A DNA stretch of 64,000 nt. It comes from Octopus sinensis. Its lineage: Eukaryota. Below, piece by piece: positions 38,044 through 50,795 of the stretch. Each line of letters opens with the position of its first letter. The first letter of the stretch is position 1. Made by a program: the position numbers and the translations under genes. Under the pieces are notes generated by a model. The model had not been told where the DNA came from, ran no database searches, and saw nothing but the letters and a program-made list of their open reading frames with translations. The stretch is taken from the NCBI RefSeq assembly GCF_006345805.1, contig NC_043008.1:1674001-1738000 (forward strand), given 5' to 3'.

Positions 38044-38620
38044 AGAAGTAGATAGACACCTTTAATTTTCAATATTTCTGATCTAAGCGTCTTAATATGT
38101 TTTCAGCGGTGTAGAATTTAAAATGTAATTATTCTTTTTCATTCCAGATGCCATTATATTAACTATCTGTGAAGTGTGACCATGCCACGCACAAATAATT
38201 CAGTAGAAATATGAGATTTTCAAAGAGGTCGTATTGTTGGGCACGCGGAGGCTGGTCTTAGCCAGCGAAAAATTGTCGAAAATCTTCAAATTCCTCTTGC
38301 TACTGTTCCTCGAATTATAGACTAATTGGGGAGCCAAGAAGAAGAATCAGCAGATTCTCGTCTCGGCCGACTTGGGGACTCGGAAAAGAAACTTCGCTGT
38401 TTGAGGAGAATTGTGTGAAACGAGCTGCGTTCGAAGGTTTCGGACATTGCAAAACAGCTAGAAGTTAGTCCAAGAACGTGTGTTACATATCTGCATAAGC
38501 TTGGGTATTATAGACGAGCAGCAACAAGAAAACCTCTCTTCAACCAATTAATATCACGAAAAGAAATATATGGGCTAAGGAGATGTCAGAAAAATTCGGT
38601 TCATTTTGGGATAAACGGCA
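38040..38620 (+). mobile_element. Tc1 5' half, copy 1
   Basis: ATG at 38182: [35 protein letters not shown]...VSPRTCVTYLHKLGYYRRAATRKP; frameshifted. Confidence 0.85.
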
Positions 38621-38765
38621 ATATAAGTAAAACTTTTCTCGATCCGTACTTTACCACATGTAGTAAGCTGTCCTGAACTTTTCCAAGCTCAATTTGCCAG
38701 CTTTATAATCTTAAGAATAATATTTGTCTTGCTCACATATTTCCATGTTATATGTATACATACAC

Positions 38766-38800
<35 letters not shown>

Positions 38801-38807
38801 TATATAT

Positions 38808-38839
<32 letters not shown>

Positions 38840-38873
38840 CACATACATATGTATATATACATACACACACACG

Positions 38874-38909
<36 letters not shown>

Positions 38910-39220
38910 AATGAGGGTGAAAAATTGATATTAATTTAATAATAACATTAATTTAACACCGAGTGGCTTAGCACAAAAAAACTACGGAGAAAATACAAAT
39001 GTATACATAAATTATTAGAGAGTTAACCATGTGGATAACTCTAGTGCTAAAAATAGCCCCGATAGTATAGCCACAGAAAAAGATGTTTCCAATTAGAAAT
39101 AACATACATTTAACGGAAGGAAAGTGAAATATAACGAATAAATAGATTGACCCTGACAAATTGTTTCATTACTAATGTAGTATGTAATTTTACTTACATA
39201 AACATCTATAAATCATCAGC

Positions 39221-39291
<71 letters not shown>

Positions 39292-39295
<4 letters not shown>

Positions 39296-39870
39296 AGAAG
39301 TAGATAGACACCTTAATTTTCAATATTTCTGATCTAAGCGTCTTAATATGTTTTCAGCGGTGTAGAATTTAAAATGTAATTATTCTTTTTCATTCCAGAT
39401 GCCATTATATTAACTATCTGTGAAGTGTGACCATGCCACGCACAATAATTCAGTAGAAATATGAGATTTTCAAAGAGGTCGTATTGTTGGGCACGCGGAG
39501 GCTGGTCTTAGCCAGCGAAAAATTGTCGAAAATCTTCAAATTCCTCTTGCTACTGTTCCTCGAATTATAGACTAATTGGGGAGCCAAGAAGAAGAATCAG
39601 CAGATTCTCGTCTCGGCCGACTTGGGGACTCGGAAAAGAAACTTCGCTGTTTGAAGAGAATTGTGTGAAACGAGCTGCGTTCGAAGGTTTCGGACATTGC
39701 AAAACAGCTAGAAGTTAGTCCAAGAACGTGTGTTACATATCTGCATAAGCTTGGGTATTATAGACGAGCAGCAACAAGAAAACCTCTCTTCAACCAATTA
39801 ATATCACGAAAAGAAATATATGGGCTAAGGAGATGTCAGAAAAATTCGGTTCATTTTGGGATAAACGGCA
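39292..39870 (+). mobile_element. Tc1 5' half, copy 2
   Basis: Duplicate of 38040-38620; ATG at 39433. Confidence 0.85.
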
Positions 39871-40015
39871 ATATAAGTAAAACTTTTCTCGATCCGTACT
39901 TTACCACATGTAGTAAGCTGTCCTGAACTTTTCCAAGCTCAATTTGCCAGCTTTATAATCTTAAGAATAATATTTGTCTTGCTCACATATTTCCATGTTA
40001 TATGTATACATACAC

Positions 40016-40074
<59 letters not shown>

Positions 40075-40124
40075 CATATATATATATATACACATACATA
40101 TGTATATATACATACACACACACG

Positions 40125-40162
<38 letters not shown>

Positions 40163-40475
40163 AATGAGGGTGAAAAATTGATATTAATTTAATAATAACA
40201 TTAATTTAACACCGAGTGGCTTAGCACAAAAAAACTACGGAGAAAATACAAATGTATACATAAATTATTAGAGAGTTAACCATGTGGATAACTCTAGTGC
40301 TAAAAATAGCCCCGATAGTATAGCCACAGAAAAAGATGTTTCCAATTAGAAATAACATACATTTAACGGAAGGAAAGTGAAATATAACGAATAAATAGAT
40401 TGACCCTGACAAATTGTTTCATTACTAATGTAGTATGTAATTTTACTTACATAAACATCTATAAATCATCAGCAG

Positions 40476-40537
<62 letters not shown>

Positions 40538-41525
40538 TATGTATGTATGCATATACACATGAATGAATTTCTTCAGATGAATTTTCTAGAGGCTACTGGC
40601 AGAAATTTGGGAAATAACAACTAATTACAAAAAAACATGGGATCGGTTTATGATTCTTTGAATTACTTGAAGTTCTCGCAAAAAAATGCCTTCCGGCAAG
40701 TGTTACTTCGTTGCATTTTATGTGATGCATTTCCGAGAATAAAGTATTGTCTTACAACTTGGAATTAACGACAACATCTACATATTGAGTGTCTGGGGAT
40801 ACGACTCCAGCTGTGAACACTTGATACTGTCTTTATAGGTGTGAACAGCAGGTTTTCCCTTAACTTGAATCCAGATTATGCAGGCTGAAAATCTAGCTGC
40901 AATTTATCATGTAGCCTGTTGCTTAATTATAGATAAAATTATCAGTGAGCAATAAGGCGCACTCCTCTGAATGCAAAAATAAAATCGTAGAAGTTTAAAC
41001 AAAATTAAGCCAATAAAGTTTTCTTATATATCGAAAGTTACCTTCGCTTGCATTGAACATAAAACAATAGCCTAGCGCCGTTGGAATATTTCTCATATTT
41101 GAAGGCTGTTACATTTTTAAGATAGATAATTATTGGAAAATAGAGTCTGTAGAAACAAGTCTTTTACGATTTAATTGATCTATTTCGTTACTTAGTCATT
41201 GTCAATAAAAATTTGGCCATTGAAACACAATAGCTTCAATTATTTTCAGAAGCCTAGAATGTAGCAGAGGACTTTCCAGAGTTCCACAAAAAAGTTCCTT
41301 TATTAACCTCTTGGTCGAAGCTAAATTTATTCCTCTACTGAATAAGTAAAAGCAGGCAGCCTATTCTACGCATGAAAGGTATCCTAAACCTCTCTCTAGG
41401 CATCTGTATACACATACACACACGCGTACATATGTATGTATGTTTGTATGTATGTATGTATGTATGTATGTATGTATGTATGTATGCATGTGTGTGAGTG
41501 TTAAATGTGTTATACGTACGTGTAT

Positions 41526-41562
<37 letters not shown>

Positions 41563-41604
41563 GAATACATATAGCTATTAATTATAGATATAAAGATATA
41601 TATT

Positions 41605-41772
41605 TATACCTATACGGGGCTAAATATAGAGGGGACAAACAAGGAGAGACAAAGGGATTAAGTCGATTACATCGATCCCAGTGCGAAAATGGTACTTTAT
41701 TTATCGACCTCGAAAGGATGAAAGGCAAAGTCGACCTCGCCGGAATTTGAACTCAGAACGTAGCGGTAGACG
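41605..41772 (-). mobile_element. SINE family A, 5'-truncated
   Basis: ggattaagtcgattacatcgatcccagtgcg...aaagtcgacctcgccggaatttgaactcagaacgtag. Confidence 0.8.
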
Positions 41773-41806
41773 TGAGTGTTTATATATATGTGTTTATATA
41801 TATATG

Positions 41807-41840
<34 letters not shown>

Positions 41841-42304
41841 AATATATATATATACATGTACACACACACACACACATGCACATAGGGAATCATACAGAGA
41901 ATAAATGCACACACACATATATATTCTCCAAGTCATTTGATACCGAAACGAACATTTATTTCTGTCGAGTTTACTAATGGAACATCAACCGAAGTTCTCG
42001 ATACGCAATAACTATTTCCAGTTAGATTCATTAAATTAGACATGCCTGCAACTGGAATCCATATTGGAGAGAAAGCGTTATTCAGTAAATACCCATCGTA
42101 AATGCTATAGTATTATTAAGATATTTAAATAAATTGTGGCATGTTCGCAATGCATTTGATATTTAACTTAAGTTCCTGTAAAGCTGTAATAGAATTTTCC
42201 TATAGATATATTAGTTAATTGAATATTTGATTATCTTAAATCGGCATTTCCAGAAATTGTCATTATGATGTTATTGCAGATATTTCGCTGTTGTACAATA
42301 TTTA

Positions 42305-42420
42305 GTTTTACATCTTTAATAACGGTGTGAATAATTTCCGCACCTTGCATTCGATAGTATGCACGCCATCCAGCCACTGGCAACGTTTCTATATAAAAGT
42401 TTTGTATGAAATATGCCTTC
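42305..42420 (-). mobile_element. mariner C-terminal fragment
   Basis: Minus-strand remnant FYIETLP.RWMACILS resembles the mariner FY.RGI..LP.RW.KCI motif. Confidence 0.4.
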
Positions 42421-42444
42421 CCTGAAATGTCGTTATATAACATC

Positions 42445-42795
42445 ATTTATATTTTGAAATGCTGCACCGAAGATGAGAAATAAGTAAGTAAATATAATTT
42501 TACTTTAATCTCGAAACGCGTATGTAGCTAATCTGACTCGTGTGGATTCATTATTTAGTATTTTTGCCTCCGTAAAAAAGTGTTTTACTGCCTAGGAGAT
42601 CTTTATGGTAGTAGAAAAGGCTTTTAGCTCCTATTTCTTAATCAGTGCGTGGCAAAGCAGTTAGCTGGCCCATTGATTATAATTATGTACATAATTTGTA
42701 TAAGTTTACCTACAAAGGTTATTTTAACCGACCGATTACTTGGTAAAATTATTATATTAATTAATCAATTAATTTTACGCTTTTATTATTGTTAT
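42445..42795 (+). mobile_element. Penelope-like pLTR fragment, distant relative of the 10441-11382 family
   Basis: Downstream of the HHR, aaaaggcttttagctcctatttc..cagtgcgtggcaaagcagtta resembles aaaaagttttttagctgctatttc..cagtatgcggcaaagtaattta (11203-11256); ends in (TA)n. Confidence 0.55.
42461..42528 (+). ncRNA. Type I hammerhead ribozyme, U4C core variant
   Basis: Stem I GCTGCA/TGTAGC (6 bp, one G-U); core CCGAAGA; stem II GAGA..AAGTAA/TTACTT..TCTC; GAAA(42513); palindromic ACGCGT; GUA triplet (after 42522). Confidence 0.7.
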
Positions 42796-43702
42796 ATATA
42801 TATATATATACATACATACATACATACATACATACATGCATTTACACACACGTGCATTGCCATATATGTGTAGATAATATTCATATAAAAGCGTGTATCT
42901 GGCTGTGAACCTGAGGTATTCTGTATATTACTTATACTATAAATACAATATATTGAAACTATACCCATTTTTATGATGTACTTCAAATAAATAAAACAGA
43001 AAATTTTAATTTCTCGTTTTTCAGAGAAAACCAATAGTTACTGAAATGCCCTTAAAGACAATCGAACAATTTTTTTTTGTATTACACATAATATTAATTC
43101 CTTCAGTCTGCATTTGAAGGTCCATTCATATAGTGATCCAATGCCACGACCGTGCAATATTCTTTTATTACATAACAAAATTATTGATATTTATCATTTG
43201 GCTGTCTGTGTACGCCCAAAATAGCAATAAGTTTTCAGTCTAAAATGAATCATTCTGTCACATATTTATCTTCAAAGCACATTAAATCAAATTATCAGAA
43301 TACATTGATATCCTGTTTTGAGTGTATGTTATCTCTCCAGACGTCTCCATCAGAAAGACAATTTAATTATCCTCGAGGGTATTTAGATTAGATTATTTGT
43401 TAGATGTGACGTCTAGTCATTGTCTAGAAGAGATATGCACATATGTAAATTGCGGACTATATTTGTGATATTATTATTTTAAAAATCGGGTATATCGTTA
43501 TAATAGAATATATCAAAATACATGTTATATTGAAAATTATATAATGACGTATATTATGGTAATAGCATTCCAATATTATTACGGAGACCGATTTTTGCCA
43601 ATATTCAAAGTATTATAAAGGACAAGGATGTCATTCAAATATTCAAGTATGTTTTCCTAAGTATGCAAATGGGTACAATTTGCGACTAAGTTTTGTTTGT
43701 AT

Positions 43703-43927
<225 letters not shown>

Positions 43928-43937
43928 AACACACACA

Positions 43938-44700
43938 AATCAGTCCTGGTCAATAAGTAACCGGACTGCTGCCGTAGTAATGAACCTAAATCTAGCAGAG
44001 TGAAGCCGCTTGGCACAACCCGTGAACTGTACTGTGCTTGCTCACTACGTCTTAACGTTCTAGCTCACTTCAGCTGTTTACAACAGTGCCTGGGACTAAA
44101 GGGTATCGCGCGTGGTCGTTGTATTGATCAGGAGAGAGAAATTTTTTATAGCGATACCTGCTCAGAGGCTTACACAAATCTGAAGAAGGTGTACGGAGAG
44201 GAGTGTGTGATCCTCACACAAGTGGTTCAGACGTTTCCAAGATGACCGAAAAATGTCCATATTGACGAACGTTCTGCGAGGCCATCTAATATCGGAACTG
44301 AGAAAGATATCACAAATGTTCGTGCAGCTGTGAGGGGAAATAGTCGAGACACCATCCGTGAGTTATAAGAGAATGTGTAGATTAGTTACGGTTCAGTTCA
44401 GTCCATTATCACTGAAGTGTATGAGACGCATGTCAACAAATGTTGTTCCAACTTTGCTTTCGGTTGACCGAAAAGACACTCGGGTTTCAGTTGCAGAATG
44501 TCTCGTTGGTTGTTTCAAGAGCGATGAAAACATTTTTAGAAAACTTTGCGTAGGTTTCTGAGGAGGTATCGCCAAGAATTTGTCAAACGTTTGATGCAGA
44601 TTCTCTGCTCAACTTTCTCTGTCAGATTCAATGCGACGAGCACACTACACGCCTTCCTTCCAAGCGGAAGAAGGCTAGAGCTTTAAAACTTAGTGTGCAT
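43938..44700 (+). mobile_element. Foldback mariner, second copy of the 7415-8275 family (opposite orientation)
   Basis: TIR core ggtcaataagtaaccggactg; plus-strand HTH remnant (AYTNLKKVYGEEC..DERSARP); the minus strand from ~44630 encodes a second N-terminus (TEKVEQRICIK). Confidence 0.8.
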
Positions 44701-45628
44701 TTTGAGAAGTGTTCATGTTCAATCTGTACATTTCTGCTAGGTATTCTTTAAGAGTAATAATAGCTGTGTATATAAGAGTATTTTGTATTCCATTAATTAA
44801 CATTAAATGATTCCATGTGTTTCCAGCGACCTCGTTGTTGGACTTAAACATTAGATCGGACGGATTGTTCTCACTCTTGTTGGGAAGGGTCTGTTATTCA
44901 ACGAAAGATTCGAGAAAGTAGCAAACATTTTTGCGAATTGTAATTATAAAATGTTTTTGAGTTGCATGTAGTCTTCGCATCTGACTCAACTAAATTTGGA
45001 CACACAATAGAATTTAACGATGGCGTGATCTGTCGATTGTTTACAATAATTTTTACGCTGCTTCTGGCAGATTTTGGCCCATTCCAAGTCTTTTGGGAGG
45101 ACCGAGGATCAGTCGATTTTTTTATTTTTTTATTTTTTTACATAAGATGCTTGTTGTCGGAGCTGTTTCCCGTGAAGATATTTAAGTTGGGATGCGCATT
45201 GTCCCCGTTTGTTTCTACCCTCTTAAAATATGCGATTGAAGGGTCCTTTCTGGCTTTTCCATAGGGTCGAAGTAAGCTTACTTTAGTTGTCGTTCAGGCC
45301 ACGTAATATGAAAAGTGTACTGACGTCTTCTTAGATAACTTACAGGTGATATAGTAGTATTTTCATCGGTGGTGACGTTGTTAGTTTCCCCTGTGTTAGT
45401 TTCAGCCATAATCGTGTTAGTTAAATTCCACGTGGTGTAGATGTATATTTTAAAATATGTTCAGGATAGCTACGTTGGTGATGAACAGATGATTCTCTAT
45501 TTAATTATTGCAAAAATAAACCAGTTACCGATTTGGCTGGAGGAACTGGCATATTTCTTGAGGAAGGCGTTAAAACGGATTTTTTAATCGGTCCTCAACA
45601 CGTTCACGCATGATGTTGACGGCGCCAG

Positions 45629-45775
45629 ATGTATGTATGTATGTATGTATGTATGTATGTATGTATGTATGTATGTATGCATGTATGTATGTATGTATGA
45701 ATGTATGTATGCATGTATGTATGTATGCATGCGTATGTGTGTATGTATGTGTGTATGTGTGTGTGTGTGTGTGTG
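45629..45775. repeat. (TATG)n/(TG)n array
   Basis: Direct reading. Confidence 0.9.
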
Positions 45776-46898
45776 ACCGCGTGTGTTTGTCATGAAATCT
45801 TCATTGGCATATTGAATCCATCATAAATAACATATAAGTTATTATTCACCAAACCAAACGTGATTCATGGAATTTATTTCTATAATTCATGTTTCTTTAA
45901 TCTATTCATTAGTTGCTGAACATTAGAAATTATTTACCTGGACATGACCGACGTTATATACGGAATTATTATTTGATGTCACGATCTTCTTATTATGCAT
46001 GTGTCTGCTGCAGATTTCGATTCCAACTATTTTCGTTGCAATGCTAACCCTATCATCACAAATTCAGTACTTTGCGAGACGAAACACTTTCACGTCTCTA
46101 TTCACATAAAGTTAGTTGCAATTTTTTTCCGGTTCTTCCAAAGCAATGATATGTGTGTTTCTACTGAGCATGAAACGATTAAACTTGACAGAGATATATA
46201 ATTCAATTAGAGAATGAGTTTTTAAAATATTGATATCAATATTATATTGAGAATAAACGAAAGGAGCCTCTTTGTTGTCAATAATGCTACATTATTATCA
46301 GGGTTATCAGAATTGGAAATTATTAAATTTCAAGAATGTAATCTTTATTTTCAAACGGTTAATAGTTTCTTCATAATCACTGCTTCTTTGCAACATGAGT
46401 CGCCTAATTTAGATATATGTGAGGGAAATTCGTTGCAATTTTGTAACCATTTTCTCTGCATATTTTGCCTACTTTATTTCTACAACATTTCTATATACAA
46501 CCAACTTTGCACACAAATGCACACATTCTGCTAAAACAAACATCACATAGATAGTTTACTTACTGTTAAATTAAACAGCACTTCTAGCAACAAAAGGAGG
46601 TGGTGGGTTCCTTAGTTAGCTCTCGGAAATCTGTGACATTCGTCATTCATTCAAACAGCAATCATTCAAGTATTACACAGAGTATTGATGGTAAACAGTA
46701 TAGGCAACTCTATTGCAGCTGTTACGCTGTTATGGAAATAAGATGGGGGTAACTTAGAGATCCCTTTCTGTTATGTCATGAATCTGAATCACATTACATA
46801 TAGAATTAAAACACAAAAGTGAGAGAGTATGGATAGCCGTTCATAAACTTATAAATGTTAAGCTTGTTTCTTGCGACACGTTTTCAATGCTCAATGAC

Positions 46899-47045
46899 AT
46901 CTAACTATAATGGGCGTGGTCTGTTTGTCAGGTTGTCTATGTCTCTCTTCCCCCTTCACGATCAAGCTGCTTGTCCAATATTAACGATGTTTTTTAGGCA
47001 TTACGTAGGAGGTAATCAGCAAGATTTTAAGCGAAAATATATGAT
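46899..47045 (+). mobile_element. Non-autonomous Helitron-like element, 5' fragment
   Basis: a|tctaactataatgggcg..gtctgtttgtc; homologous to 47234 onward. Confidence 0.4.
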
Positions 47046-47233
47046 ATAATGTACGATTATTTAATGGATATCGAGTTTCAAATTAATAAATAACCTTTGA
47101 ATTTTTTTGTTAAAATTCCTACCACGAGGATTAACTCTAAACACCCAACCCACCCCGTATAGTTCGTGGATTTAGTGGGTTTACATTTCCGATACTATCC
47201 CTTTATTTCCCATCGTAGACGGACAGATTTGCT

Positions 47234-47536
47234 ACCTTACTATAATAGGCGTTATTTCAATTTGTCTGTCCGTCTGTTCGTCTCTTTGTTTCCACTTCAG
47301 GGCCAGACGGCAGGACCAATGGTTACGATATTTTTTGCGATTAAAAAGATGGTCGTCAGGAAAGTTTTTAGAATTAAAAAATCAGAAAGTATGATTATTT
47401 CTTGGATATCGATTTTTAAACTGATAAACCACTTTCGCATTTTTATTAAAACTTCACCAACGACGAGTAACACCAGATTTCCATTGAATAGTTCGTGTCC
47501 CCATTGTAAGAACGGGGGTCGGTAGGACGGCTAATA
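47234..47536 (+). mobile_element. Non-autonomous Helitron-like element
   Basis: ttactataataggcg...gtctgtccgtctg 5' end; GC-rich 3' end acgggggtcggtaggacggctaat resembling a degenerate CTAG terminus. Confidence 0.45.
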
Positions 47537-48084
47537 GCGAAAATAAAATAGAAAAAGTGTGTGTCAGCATACATGTTGTGATTATGTAGAGTTCATTGAA
47601 GTGTGTCAGCCTCGAGCAGGATTCGAAATGGCTAATCGAAGCGGATGTTGTTTACATCTGAGTTTTCTCTGTCAAAATAAGCAATGGTAACAGAACACCC
47701 ATACATTATTAGCATACATCAGTGAGAAGTAAGTCTTAGATACATTTTTTGCAACCCTAAAGATTCTTCTCGCGCATTCACAGCAAAGAAGGCACAGGAC
47801 CAATCTTTAGAACGTGTAGGTGTTGTCACACATTCCAGTTATACGTCGCTATGAGTAGAGCAACAGATTCCTGTAATTTGAAAATCAGTGTTGACTAAAC
47901 AGAAAAAGAGCGTCTACAAAGTAGTTTTGTAATCATATTGATATTATCGAAAGGAATGTGATTCATAATTTAAATAACGAAATTTGTGGACTATGAATGT
48001 ATGAGTATAAACAAGCGTAAAATAGTGTAAACAATTGAAATAAAGTATATTTAAGTAACATTGTTTTCTTAATACTTTTTATGT

Positions 48085-48325
48085 AGTGGTCGCAGAAAGC
48101 TCTGGCTTTCCTTGAGAATGGCCTACATAGACATTCAAGATACAAAGCCTGTCATAGAGCTGCAATAGAAGTTTGCATGACCAACAATAATGTGATTTCT
48201 TTAAGACTTCACCCACTAACATATCAAGTCCATTTACACAGTTCTCAATACATAATCTGCTGTTATGACTTCCCTCCCTCATTCTATGCTCCATCGTAGA
48301 TGTATAGATTTTCCAGCATAACTTT
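48085..48325 (-). mobile_element. piggyBac transposase fragment
   Basis: A minus-strand frame not in the ORF track reads YAGK...TADYVL...HIIVGHANFYCS, matching the YxGK / DNFY-S region. Confidence 0.6.
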
Positions 48326-48439
48326 ATAGACCTGTAAATACACACACAGAACACGAAGGTTACCCTCTAAAGTACAGCACAGAAACGCTCACGTAAATTT
48401 CTACACGCACAACACACACACACACACACACACACACAC

Positions 48440-48473
<34 letters not shown>

Positions 48474-48522
48474 CATACGTATACACAAAATACATACACA
48501 CACAGAAATATTATATATATGC

Positions 48523-48587
<65 letters not shown>

Positions 48588-48631
48588 TACAGTTAATAAG
48601 AGGAATAACACTCAGTATTTTAATTATACAT

Positions 48632-48674
<43 letters not shown>

Positions 48675-48978
48675 TGCTCATTCACATGTAGCTAGTGGGG
48701 TAAATCCTAGCTGCTTTCGTTTGAAGCGAATCAGCGTATTCCGTTATTATAATCAAACATGTCTCCTCAGATGCTGCCGTATGTTACTCATAATTCATAT
48801 TAAAATTGAGAATTATGGAAATATTATTTGCAGCCTTATTTTATAACAATGCAGATAAGTGGAAAATGTCCAGTTTATGCGTGTTATATGTGTGTATGTG
48901 TGTGTGTGTGTACGAGCGTGTGGTCTATATCTCTGCCTATCTATGTGTATACGCATACGTACACACATAAACACTTAT

Positions 48979-49016
<38 letters not shown>

Positions 49017-49605
49017 GTGTGTGTGTGTGTGTGTGTGTGCAAGTGATAAAATACTTGGTGTGTATATATATTTATTTATATGCATAAGTGTATGCGGAAG
49101 TAATAAAATACACTAAAAAGAACTTGTATGCTCCTTCTTCAATTCCCGTTTTTCAGTTCGTATATGCAAAGAAAGCTTTTTGTATATATGTCCATGCGTC
49201 TGATTTGCAGTGGTGTTAGTCACACAGAAATAGTAGAAGATAAATCTCATGACGTCTAAGAAAATGGAAGAACGTTAAAAAAAAGCAAAAGAAATAAAAA
49301 CAGAAAATGTATGGCAAAAAAAGAGAACTAGGTTTTTTTTTAACATCGATTTACACACTGTCTCAGAAACATAATTAGTATTCCCATCTCATTGCCTATT
49401 TCCTTTGGACATCCATCTCCAGCATTCTCTGTTTGTTATTCATCTCTCAACTGACAGTATTCATCAGCAGGAAGAATAAACGAAACAAAAAGAAAACTAA
49501 GAAAGAAAAAGAAACCCTGCCAAAATATAATATGGCGACAATATTCGTTGGGTATTGCTTCTTTGATTCTTTTTCACAATAGCACACTGTTGATGTTGTT
49601 GCTGT

Positions 49606-49760
<155 letters not shown>

Positions 49761-49849
49761 ATGCTATTAGTAGAAATTCTTGTATTAAATGTGGTTAATT
49801 CTAATATTATAGTCTCGTTCTCATTGTATTTAATTAATTTCCCCGATTT

Positions 49850-49861
49850 ATTAATAATAAC

Positions 49862-49922
<61 letters not shown>

Positions 49923-49925
49923 GTA
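49850..49925. repeat. (TAA)n array
   Basis: Direct reading. Confidence 0.9.
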
Positions 49926-50167
49926 ATACTGGTATTAATTTTAGTACCTTGATTATGATTACTTGAATAATCCAGCAACTTCACTTTTCTATTCCAATTG
50001 GTCTATTAATCATTTGCATGCACTTTCTTTCTACTTCGATATTATTAATGATTTCTGTCTCAATTTAATGACTAAACATATCACACACACACGCACACAC
50101 ACACACACACATACACACACACACACATACACACATATATATGTATGTATACAGTGTAGATTTAAAT

Positions 50168-50425
50168 ACATAGGAGGTATTCGTCATAGGATTCCTGGCA
50201 CGCTAGAAGGAACAACCAAAATCCAAACTACTATTTGGGATAAAACTTCGAAGGTAATGAAACATTTGCCATATATCTCCTGGACCATGGTTCCTGACTG
50301 TTTTTAGCAAATAAAATAATTGGTAAATATATGGTAAATGTCTTTAGTTTTATCCCTAATAGCAGGTTGGACTTTTGATGTTCCTTCTAGCGAGCCAAGA
50401 TTCCTATGACGGATACCTCTTATGT
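50168..50425. mobile_element. MITE / near-palindromic foldback element
   Basis: acataggaggtattcgtcataggattcctggcacgctagaaggaac... pairs with ...gttccttctagcgagccaagattcctatgacggatacctcttatgt over more than 75 bp. Confidence 0.75.
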
Positions 50426-50585
50426 GTTTAAATATACACTGTATTTAAATGAATAATATATATTCTATTGACTAATTGTTCTACACGCTACGCCACTGGT
50501 AGTAAACATTTCTAAAATGTTGATTACCTTGATATTATTAATTATATATATATATATATATTATATATATATATATATTTATATA

Positions 50586-50795
50586 TTTGACTGCGTGTGT
50601 ACCGTCGGCGATTTTTTGCTCCAACATCCCCTCCTTGGGCCTTTCCTTTTCCTATGTTTCTGACGAAGAGCTCCGCTCGAAACGTTAAATCCTCCTTCTT
50701 TCTTTCCTTTCCTGAGCGTCCAATAACACTATACTTGTTCCACGTCCTCGCGTTGTGTTTTTTCTTTGTGTTTTTATGTTTGGATTAACTATATA
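50586..50795 (+). mobile_element. Short Penelope-like pLTR with minimal HHR
   Basis: ~210-bp non-microsatellite island flanked by (TA)n on both sides and carrying the HHR. Confidence 0.65.
50656..50690 (+). ncRNA. Minimal type I hammerhead ribozyme
   Basis: GTTT CTGACGA A GAGC tcc GCTC GAAA CG T T AAAT; palindromic ACGT stem III; GUU triplet (after 50686). Confidence 0.8.

Larger units (their letters stand above)
38040..40530. repeat. ~1.25 kb near-identical tandem duplication (38040-39290 / 39291-40530)
   Basis: Unique sequence is identical except for a few 1-nt indels, one substitution seen (ttgaggag/ttgaagag) and microsatellite length; boundaries lie in (TA)n. Confidence 0.95.
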
